Shown one piece after another: positions 29,150 to 41,100 of a DNA stretch of 64,000 bases. Location of the stretch: positions 160,001 through 224,000 of IMG/VR virus record IMGVR_UViG_2597489997_000001; one strand, 5' to 3'. Made by a program: the position numbers and the translations under genes. A model generated the notes under the pieces. That model was not told the origin of the DNA and did not search any database. It saw only the letters and a program-made list of their open reading frames with translations. The stretch's first letter is position 1; every line of letters begins with the position of its first letter. The stretch is from a virus. Lineage: Duplodnaviria > Caudoviricetes.

Positions 29150-32100
29150 TTAAGCGGATACTGATTGCTTAACCGTAGCAGGGTGATATACGTCACCAAT
29201 GACGTCAGTCTCGAAATCATCGGAAGGAGTTAAGGTTGCCGGGAGTATACGAACGTTGAGTGTTACGTCAGCGAAGTCACTACCCTCGATAGCGTTACCT
29301 GAATCCACGATAGCTTTAACTCTAACTGTGATGTCTTCAGTACCAACAACATCGCCAGTGTAAGTCAAGAGCAGACCATCGTCAGTTGCTTTCTCTACCT
29401 TGGTAACGGTGATAATACCTTTACCATCAATAGTAGCAATGTCGACAGTTGTATCAGGGTACAGTTTGCCATCACCAAAAGATCCGCCGATGTGAATCTG
29501 ACCGGTCTTACCTACAACTCCTACGCTGTCTTCGGCGACAGGTTTCAGGAGCTTACCGTTCCAACCCTTGACAGTGAACTTCACAGTTTGCTTCAAGGTT
29601 ACCAGGTCAATACCAGTACCATAGGTAACGGTAAATTCTGGCATCACGGTACTTTCTGCCGTGGCTGCATCGTAGACTTCCCAAGTGTTACCTTCGCCTT
29701 TACGTACGTAGCTATTGGCGGAGATCCCAGTGAGAGTACAATCAGCAGTAATATCATTTCCTTTGAACATTACTTTAAATGGCAGTTCGCCTTTATCCCA
29801 GATCTTAGCTACAACGTCTTGGACGTCAGTAATTTCTGGAGTCGCAGCTGGTTGCTGGGTCACTGACAGGTCAAACTTCCCACTATAAATAGGTGGAGTT
29901 TTCGCCGCTACTGTTGTTGATATAACAGTGTGAACCGCAGAATCGACATCTGCCAAGAATCTGACTTTAAAACTATCGACTTTACCAGAACCCGGCACAT
30001 ATTCGATAACCCCAGCTGGTAAGAACGTAATTCCATTTTTCGCTTCAGAGTAATCCAGCCTTGTGTTACTGGTGTAACCAATCACATTAACAGTAAGTTC
30101 GTCACCCAACTTACCAGTGACAGCATTAGGTCCCTCTATGAAGATGTATGCAGGGCTGCTGTATATACTTATCGGTACTCGTATTTTAGCCTGCTGTTTA
30201 GGATCGGTAGAGCCAGTTACCTTAGCTGTAACATCAATCCAAGAAGCAGCATGGGCATTCCTATTCGGAGTGAATTGGTAAATCAACGCCGGACCAGTAC
30301 CAGCATACACAGTAGGACCTGACATCGATCCTCCCTGACCTAACGCGACATGAGTTAATGAGGAAACAGGTTCTCCTTTATAGATACCGGCCACTCTCAA
30401 TGTTGCATTATTCCCACCGCCACTGGAAACCGCCATGGTGTTTCCGTTGTTTCCATCTCCGGTCACTCTCAAGACTAATTCAATTCCATCATACTTCCCG
30501 ATGTTGAACAGAACTTTTTGAGTCGGAGACTTCGTTACTTTACCGCTATTAACAGTAATGGTGTAGGTTACTTCCTCAGTCACTGCCTGTGTTTGATCAC
30601 CAGCAATAATCTTCCATGGCTTAGTGATTAGAGGACCAGCCTCAACACGGTTGTTAGGAGACACCACAGAAATACCAGTAATCCATTTAGCTGGAATCTC
30701 ATTACCACCAATCGCAGTTTTCACTTTGAATGGTAATTCAGTACCTTTATCCCAAACCTTCCCATCGATAGATTTAACATCAGTGACAATGAAGTTACCA
30801 TCCCAAGCTTTCAGATGGAACGTTACATCAGTACTGAGGTTAACTGCGGAAGCACCAGAAGGAACAGACACAGTCATCTTAACTACGACATCTGTATCAG
30901 CTGCTGGAGCATTCAGCACTTGCCATTTACCATCTACCAGACCAATGTAATCATTGGCTGAAATAGTGGTCAATGTCACAGTTGATGTTTTATCAACACC
31001 ATCTAAAGTCACTTTGAATGGCAGAGGTCCAGTATCACCCAGAGACGCGGTGACTTCCTGAACATCTTCTACTTCTGGGAAAGTGATGTTACTGATCTGA
31101 GTAGCAGCAACAGTGAACCATGCGAACTTATCTTCACCACCGACTTTACCAAACCCGATAAGAGCATCCTTGGTTATCTTAGGATCGGTAGTCAGCTCGC
31201 TTTCGAACCAAACGCTAATTTGGGTGGTAGTTACGTTGGCACCATTACTGGTGATCAACGGTCCTTTAACCCAGCTCGCACCACCATGTGTCAGGACAAC
31301 AGGGGTGAGTCCGTAGCGGATAGAGAATGCTAACGGATACTTCAGCGCATTGGTAGGTGAGTAACGACCTTCTACAGCAGTTGGTTGTACCACGTCAGTA
31401 CGAGGGTAATACTTGTCGGAATAATACACGTAGCAAGGGAGTTTAACCTTCACGTAGTCAACGTTCTCAACTGCGTTTGGATCATTCTCTTTGCTCAGTA
31501 ACCCGAACAGGAAATACCCGTCCTCGCTCGCCATCATATCCGTAGCGCCTGCTGTAGTGTACACAGGTTGGAATGACGGACTAGCTCCGGCTCCGGCACC
31601 TTGCAGTTTCAGGGTATGACCAGGCATGGTTATGTTTTTAGCCCAGACGCCGTACTTAACGCCTAGGTCAGCAGCGACCATTGCTCTGGTACGATAGGAC
31701 CCTTTAACGTAGAAAGTACCTTGAGCGCCAACGGTAGTAACCATCCCACCATTAAACGCATTAGGGGTATGGAGTTCAACCGCAAACTCTTTACCGTCAT
31801 ATGGCCTGATGGTAAACTGACTGGTTACCTCAAGAGTGACATCTTTAAATCCATCATTAAACACAGCAATAAACGTAACTGGCGTAACTACCCCAGCGGC
31901 CGTACCGTTGTATACTTCCCAGACGACAGTTCTAGGGTTTGCTGGATTATAATCAGGGTTTGTTCTGACATAATCATTTTGTTTAACGGTAACTGATTTG
32001 TACTGGTTTAGGGAGACAGCTTTACCGTTATGTTCAATATCGAACAGCGCGGCACCTATTTGCCAGACGTCAACAGTTGGATTCGTTATGTTCTTAGGTA

Positions 32101-35100
32101 TGGTGGTGTCACCAGCGCCTGTACCTTTAATGAGAACTTCCTGATCCCATTCGATAGTAGCGTTGATTAATCTAGCATTGTAATAAGGGAGATTCAATCT
32201 CATCTTAACAACAATGACTTGATCTTCACCACGGTTATCCGCAAGGATTTTAATTCTTGCAGTAGTGGGTGTTACTGGCGCAGCTGTTTTTAGTACCTCA
32301 ACCAAAGTTCCATTGGTAAGAACACTGAAACCAAATTGGTTACTCTGTGCTCCAGGCAAGCTGTTTCGCTCAATGTTGAGACCCATACTTAACGGAATAG
32401 GGATATCAACAATATCGTCCTTTTTACCTTCTACCTGTACAGGCGGAATGTTATCAGGGAACCAATACAGCTTCTCCTCATACCCCACCATTTCACTGGT
32501 TTCTTCAATGATTACCTTGTTCTTCTCAGGATCTGGATCAGCATCTGGTCCGGTATAATAAACCGGATACCGTACTTTACCAATAAACTGACTGATTACT
32601 TTAAAGGAGAATACACCCCAGTTAGCCGGGCTGTTAGACCCACGGGTAGCAAACTGCAAGCCTGGGTTCAATTGCTCGAACTCAGCTTTAGGAATATCCC
32701 ATGTTGACAGGTTATTCATACTAACACTTCTTCCCTTATATTCCAACAGCAGGGACATACCTCCTGTCTGGTTATAAGGAATTTGCCTATTGCCAACACC
32801 GCTAAAGTTAGTCACTACCAGATCTTTACCATCCCAAGCTTCGATGGTAAACGGAACCTCTGCTTCCATAGGGAATGAGCGAACACCGTCAGTGAATGTG
32901 AAGATATACTTCGCAGTCAGCTGCTTCTCAGTTGGATCTGCTTTCACACATGTCCAAAGAGCACTAGGGTCCTTTTTATACTCAAGGTATCCGTCTGATT
33001 CGAGAACGGCATCATTCATCCAACCAGTGGTATAGGTCGGGGTAATTACCTGACCCTGATAACTAACTTTAAATCCAGCAGCACCACCACTCTTATACAT
33101 CCTGGTAGTTTGCGGAGTTATCTCCACAATTTCGGGAACTGGATCAACACCACCAGTACCTTTGATCAATACCTTTTGATCATACTCAAGAGTATAGGTT
33201 CTCCCAGATACAGGAGACCATGACAAGCGAATAGGTAAGACAGTCTCAATATCGGAACCAGTGTTGTTATACGCGATTTTGATAGTGAAGAAGTCAAGAC
33301 CTTTATCGTTAGTGCCGGTGCTGATCGTAGCAAGTGCGGTATTCAGACTGGTGACAGTAAATGTCTCGCCAGCTGTGTTGCCCGCCATGTTGACTTGGAT
33401 TGCAGGACCGAACATTAAACCATTGGTAGGAACTTTAACCGATGCCTGATATGCACCTGAAACCTCAGCTGGAGGAAGATCATCTTTCCATGTCAACTTA
33501 GGATCAAAGGCAACATACTTGACAGGTATCTCGGCGGAGTTCTTTTTGTCGGTACCCAATGGATATCCGTTAATCGGAGACGTGTTAGCAGAGTTCCAAT
33601 TCCACTCTAACCCTAACTTACCAAGATGCTCCCCTACCTTGTTGGCTTTAAGCTGTGCGTTTACTGAAGTACCATTACCACCGCCTGACTTCCAAGTATA
33701 GATTCCATCAGACGTAGAGTTAATTTTACTTTGGTTAACAAGAGCCGATGCGTTAGATATAGGAGCGTTAGTAGCGACTAGTGTGTTAGGTACGTAATTT
33801 GCACCAAGTGCTCTCCCCACAAGAACGACGGAACCTGAATAACTATCAGCGGCGCTATAAGGGAATGCAATGATTAAATTACCATCTTGGTCGTATACCG
33901 CAGGTTTTGCTTGACCACCGACGTTCTGATGGAACGCCTGAAGCGTTTGGACTTCAATCTTGAATTGGATTTGGTCCCAAGCAACAGTGCTAACCTTCTG
34001 AACAACAGTTAGATCTTTAGTCCCATAACGGGCAGAAGTTCTAACTTTGAAGGTCAACTCAACTTCTGAATCTGCGACGTCACACTTAAGCAGTAACCAC
34101 GTAGGTCCGGCTGTCCAAGCTACACCACCCCAACTACCCGCTGAAGCGCCCGCAGTACCAACGTTCAGTTTGGCAACAGCCTCGGTATTTTCGTCACCAA
34201 TGATTCCATTAGGGCCTGCAACGGAAATCAAAGTAACGTCAGTGGCTGTAATGTCTACATCACCGGACATCACTTTAAATGGCAGGTTATAACGACGGAA
34301 GACCAGTTTCGGATCACCAGGGTTCGGAACAGTCTCCAACTCAGGAGTCATCGTTACAGCTGGCTTCACACGGTTTACAGCATCGCGACCTTCTTCAGCC
34401 GGTAAAAGCTCGGTATACCAAACAAAGTTCATCACACCGTTATAACTGAGTTTAGTCTTCAGTTTCAGGTAAGTGATTCCGGCGTCTACTCTCTGACCCA
34501 TGACTTCAAAGTACTTAGTCAATGGTTCATTAAGGTTAGCCGTCTTTGTCTCGTCTACTGCAAGGTAACCTGTCAAGTGAGGTTTGCCGTACAGAGCTAA
34601 TCCGAATGGAACTTCAAACTCCTCACCGACCTTCTTAGTAAGTTGAGTGAATGTATTCGGGGTACACGTAAATTGCGCAATCGGTCCCGGCCAGTTCCAG
34701 TTGGTATCAATAGCAGCCGTGCCATCCACCCAACCACCACGGAATGGTGCTTTGAAAGTGAATACGTGATCTTTGTAAGATCCGGCTGTGTCGCCTGGGG
34801 CTTTACCTATGATGAATAACTGGTTCTTTGATGTCGCTGGGAAATCTGGGTTCAGTATCATCCAACCGAACTGGTCTGGCGTAGGAGTCAGCGTGAGGAA
34901 TTGACATTGCTCACTAATATCAACGCCATTAGCTCTGATCCAGTTAGGGATCTTGACAGACTTATATAAGCTATCATAAATCGAGAAACCGCCAGATCTT
35001 GGCTGCCAGCGTGGATAGTCATCCGGGTCCTGAATCTGAACACGTTGTTCAGCAGTTCCTTTATGCACACGGTTAGTAGCCGGGTTGGTGTACACGAACT

Positions 35101-38100
35101 CCAACAGAGTTCCGAAGATCTCTTTTGGTTTATCCAGAGGAGCTGTGATCTCGTAGGTCATGTCAGTAGCAGAACGAGCAGTAATTCTGAAGATATCCTC
35201 ATTGGCCGGTGTAATGGTCAAATCAGGATCGTTCAGAGGGATGCTCTTACCAGATAACACAACACGGTTGTTACCTGAGCTACGGATGTCCTGGTTACCA
35301 GCTAAGATTGGGTTCGTCAGTCCAGTGATTACCAGTGGAGGTGTGACTATTTCCAAATCAAAGTTAACAACAGCATAGTCCAAATCAGCAACACCAGGAG
35401 TAGGTCCGCCAGCACGTCTGAACGTGATAGGGATCGTCTCTTTGCCAGGATCCAGAGCACGGCAGGTATAGGTAGTCGTAGTACCGTTAGTGGTAACGGA
35501 CTTAACTTCCATCAGCCCTTTCCAATCGGTTAATGTTTCATCGATCAGGTTAGTGGTCTGAATAGTGGCACGGTAGCGCTGACTAACGGTGAAAGTAAAA
35601 TCAGTATCAACGTTAGGGGTAGCTGGGTTACCTGCTGTGAATGCAACGCGGAATGTTCTTCCATCCCAAGGTTCAACCCACCAGAAGGTATCGATGTCAG
35701 CAGTGTACTCCCAGTTACGATACGTCGCGTAGAAACGGAACGGAACGACCTGGTTAGCAATACCACCTACTTCAGAACCTTCGACAGTACACTGACGAGT
35801 CAGCGTGTTGTCAATCCATACGTATTTGCCTTTACCCGTTTCGGTATAGTCGATACGCTGTAATGGATATGTGGTGTTAACAATAGTAGTATCAGCACAA
35901 GTCAGGATCGGAGAAACAACCTGTGAAGACCACATTGTCTTAGGTGTTACTGAGCTACCAAATGTGTTACCACTGAGCGCTGTCGGCTTAGGCGTCGTAT
36001 AGCTCATTGGAATTTCAATACGTCTGGTGTAGTTCGTACCACCAAATCTGTACGTCACATTTAAGAAGTCAGACACGTTAACAGTTTGGCCTGGAGCAAC
36101 TGGACCGAACAGTTCATAGTCGAATGAGTCAGCATGCCACGTTTTAGGATTCAGAACAAATGCGTTAGGCATTGTAGAGGCGCCAGTCTCACGAGTGATC
36201 GTCAGGTTCCCAGCAGCAATCTCTTTCTGAATATCCAAAGGTAACAGACCGAACAACAGTTCGAGTTTGTAAGTACCTGTGTCTTTGTGAGTCCCTGTTA
36301 ACAGGTTATCACGTTCACCTACTTCTAACGTCAGTTCACCCAGAACACGAGTATCAAGAGTTAACTCTACAACGTCACGTGGTTTAGGATTAGTACCGGC
36401 GTCAGGAGACCAGAAGACTACCTTAGTCTGAGCAACACCACCTTTCTTACCAGTAAAGGTAATCTCGTGGAGAATGCCATTGACGATAGCTTGCTTCACT
36501 TCCACTTGTGCTGGAATGGTTGACAGGTCTTGTTTAAAGGTAGCGCGAGAACCAACGTTCTGATCTTTATAGACAGGGCGGAAACTCAAGGTCACATCAG
36601 AGTCAATACCAGTTTCGATCTTACTCGGCGTGGCAATAACTTTAAACCGTACAGAGGTAGAGCCTGTGATGCGGAATGTGGCTTCAAATGCGATGACTTG
36701 CAGTTCAGCAACAGCGTCTACTTTATAGTAAGCGCGCATCGGAATGACTTGATTACCTGTGGTCGGTTCAGCACCAATGATTTCATAACCACGTGGTGGG
36801 GTCAGTTCCACATACCTGTTATCCGGGGTGACCAGTTCAAAGTGGTCAATGGCTACCGCTGATTCAGGTGTTTTAAGACCTTGCCAGAAGCTACCTTTAT
36901 CCCAGATGTTAACAGCATGGTAATCATCGTTGTTGGTTACTTCAACTTCACCCATGGTAATTTTGGCTGTGAAATTGAAAGATGCAGTCTTAGGTGTTGG
37001 AGCACCTACTTCGTACTCGATGTCGAGTACGAAGTTAAAGGTTTCAATACCACCAGGAACGTTGGAACGCTCACCTTTGATATAGATACCGTTAGAAGAC
37101 TTACCACCAACAGAAACGTAGTTATCACCTGCTCCATTCAGACCAGTGATTGTGTACTTCAAACCAGGGGCGTTCGCAGGGAGGTCATACTCACCATACT
37201 TCAGATTCAAAGTAAGGAGGTCGGTACCTTTCCAGAACATCTCTGTCTTATCACCATGATCGCCTAAGGTAAAGACTTCATCGCTTGAAACAGACTTGAC
37301 TGGAACTGTTAACGTTAACTGGTCCATGCCTTCCACTGGAGTAGCTCCAGCAGTTGCCATTTTAAATACAAACTTAGCAGTGTCTTCTGCTTGACCTACC
37401 AGGGTGTAAGTTACCTTACCAGTCTCTGGGTCATACGGAAGAACAGCCAGGTTCTTTGGAATCACAGTGTTGGTGTCATCAAGGACTGATTCAGTATACG
37501 GCTTACCTTTGTAAGTAAACTCGAACTGAAGGTCACCCGCCATACCAGCTTTACCATCTAACTTCAATGGTGCAACTTCACCTTTATAGTCAATACCGTC
37601 GAACTTAGCGATATCGAACAACACAGATGCGTCAATGGTTCTTCTTAAACCACCATTGTCATAAGTCAGCGTTAATGGTAATGACGCCTCGATTGGTTGG
37701 GTTTTGGAACCCTGAACAACGTACCAACCTTGTGGTTCTTCAAATGCAATATAAGGACTCGTACCACGTGGAACGTATTCCTGAATCTCCACGTTAAGAC
37801 CACGTTCATCGGCCAGACGAATTTTAATATCGCCATAGTCGTAAACGTTAACGTTCTCAACTGGGTTACGTTGAATCTCTACACGAGAGATACGAATCGT
37901 CCCAACCTGATCAAGAACTACGGTCTGCGGCTGACCAGTACCAACATCATTCCAAACGAGAGTGATCGTTGTCGGATACGTGTAGTCAGTGTCTTCATCC
38001 CCGCCTGCATCGAGAGAAAGCAGCAGTGATTCACCACGCATTTCAACTACGGAGATCGGATCAGCATCACCAGCATCGAAAGTAACTGACAGATTAGCGT

Positions 38101-41100
38101 TAGTCAATTCGATTGGAGAGCCAGAGACATTGAGCACCAATGGATATTCGATTTGATCTTTGTAGAAGCCCTTAAACGTTTCTGGAGCTGTTACAACGTT
38201 CAGACCATCTGGCCACTGTACTTTAGTGGTGATAGGTGCTGAGATTGTTTCAGAGCCTTCTGTACGTTTAAACACCAGGTTCATCGGATATTCCCCACCA
38301 CGAGTAGTAGTGTAGTTAATCACGAAACCTTTACCTTCCACAAACATACCGTTATCTAACAGTTTGATTGTTTCAGGAATGGTGCTAGAAGCTAATACAA
38401 GTTCGATCTTGTCGGTTACGTCGTTACCTTTATATACAAAGTTGGCAACAATTTCACCACCTTCAGATGACTTAACATCGATGGCTTTTGGATCGTAATC
38501 AATACCGAAGGTAATCTGATCCCACTCGGCTAAGTTAAAGACAGCATCTGTCATGAACTCGCCTTTAGATTCACCAACTTCCCAGGTGATCTTTAAAGGA
38601 ACAGTAGTGGTGATAGCAGTTTTCTCAGCCCAAGTAACAGACCAGTTATAACGGTTCACACTGATGTAGGTATTGCCACCAGGGACAGTTACTGTTCTAG
38701 TTCCCGTTGTCCAGTCTTTCGTACCAGCCATAAGCTTGATAGGGAAAGAACCGGTATCCCAGATCTTGGCATCGATAGGTTGCTTATCGTATTCCAGTCT
38801 CAGAGGAGGGAAGGTAATCAGTGCAGGCATGATCAAGACTTGCTTGAACGTGTTGACTGGATTCAGTGGATCGGTATACTCAATGGTCAGTTCTGTACCG
38901 ACGTTATAAGTACGACCTACGAAACGCCACAGGTTGTCAATGACACGCAGGTGATCTTCTTCACGAGAAATAATCTCAACGTCAGAGACTTTAGTTTTGG
39001 TAATCTTCAGAATAGGATCGTTCAGAGGAACGTTAACACCTGCGAATTCAAATACAGGTTTGAACTGTCCTTCCTCTTCTACATTCATAGCCAAATTAGT
39101 TGGCCACTCAATTACCTTGAATGTACGAGCCTGTTCAATCACTGCACTAAACAGAACAACACCACGCTGCTCAGGTGCGGGTACCAGGATTTCCTTCTTA
39201 GCAAATGCGTAGCGGCCAGCGCCAGTACCTGCCTTCATCTTGGTATAGTCAAGTTCGAGATTACCAGTGGCATCATTGAACTTCAGCGCATTGAACTTCA
39301 GTTGTTCTGGAACAGAAGAGTTAGCGTCAACAATTCCGACCAGTTCTGAAATATCAACACCTTCTTCGAAGACCTTGAATTCCAGTTTGCCTTTCTCATC
39401 TGTTTTACCTGTGATGGAGAAACTAGATGGAACAGCAACAACCAGGGTGTTCTCGCCATCTTCCCCGCCACCACCTTGAGTATACTTTCTAACAACAAAG
39501 TCTTGCTCAAATGTAAAGCGAGTGTTAACGCCATCAATTACTACGAAGAACTCAAACTCAACTTTGACAGGTGTGTCTTCTGTCTTACTGGCCTGAAGCA
39601 CACGCCAGGTGTTGGGAGCTTTAGGTTCATTATAGATGTATCCGTTATCACCAACAACGGCCAGGTTCTTAACCAGTTCAGTTTGGTTCTCGCCATTCAA
39701 CATAAAGGTGAATGTAGTCTTACCAGTCTGGTAACGGTCAACGAACAGTGGTGTTGGACCTGGGACAACTTCATAGACAGAACGACGTTTGACTTCAACG
39801 TTGATCGTGTATTCCGGAGCATAGCGAACACCACGAGGGTCAACCCACGTTAATGTCTGTCTAAAGCTATCCAGAATAGATTGGCCGTCTATATCAGAAT
39901 CGCGTAACAGTTTGAAACGCACACCTTCATCGGTTACTTCGAGGAACTCGATTAAGCGTTTATCACCTTTGACTCCAAGTTTAATACCCAGTTCTTTAGG
40001 TGATACTACTTGAGGTTCTTCTTCATCAGGTAATCCGTAAACTGCCTGGATGATCATCAGACCTTCTTCGTCTTTATAGCCACGAAGTGAAGTCATGATG
40101 CTGGTAACACGGAAGGAAGGTTTGACTTCTGGTTTAACAACGATCATGTTCACAAAAGCCGGAGCTTTATAAAGTGTTCCTGAATCGCTGTACTGGAAGT
40201 CAGCACGATACAGCTCAGTATCTTTATCCCAGTTCACTGGTAGATTACCGGTGATTGCACCACGGTAAGTCATAGAGCCATCTGGTAGAGTCTCGACATA
40301 AGCCAAGTTACCATATTTCTTCTTAGACTCAAATTCAGTAGCTGGGATGTTCAGAGTAACTGGATTACCCTGGAAGAACGCCTGAACGTTAACTTCAACC
40401 ACGTCACCTTTAGATGCAGTGATCTCGGCAGGAGTCACCACAAAGGTCAAATCCAACTGTTCATCTTTCTCGATGATAACTTTGATACGGAAAGTCTTCT
40501 TAACCGGACGACCCATGTACATGTGAGTAACACGTACCACGATGAAGTCAGTCACTTCCTTATCAGTCGCACCGAAGATCGTTTCACCCTCAATGGACAG
40601 TTTGTCATCAGAACGTCTCGGAATGGTGTAACCCGAATCAGTAGTGATGTCAACCTGAGCAGTCATGGTGATATCTTCTACACCACCGAACCAATAGGTG
40701 TTCGGGATGTTGAAGTCTTTACCACGGCTAGAGGTGATTTCGGTTGGGAGGTTAGATGTAATCTCAGGGAGCATCGCTTCGGCTTTAACCAGTTCATAAA
40801 TGAACAGCGGGAATTCACCCATACCGAATGCCGGATCAGTTACCTTAACCGTACCGGATTCTAACGTATCGTAATCGATAGAGGTCAGAGACTCACGAGT
40901 AGAAGTATAGGTATTAAAGAACAGCCCACCGAAAGCTTTTTGCATGCCAGACATGGTCTTGGCGTTTTCTTGGTTGAGCAGAACACCGTAAGTATTCTTA
41001 TAAGTCAACCAAAGCAGTGTAGCTTCAACATCATCGTTTGCTTTAGCATATGCTTTAAGTTCGTCAACATCATTGATCTCAACAAAAGGAACAGCGAAGT

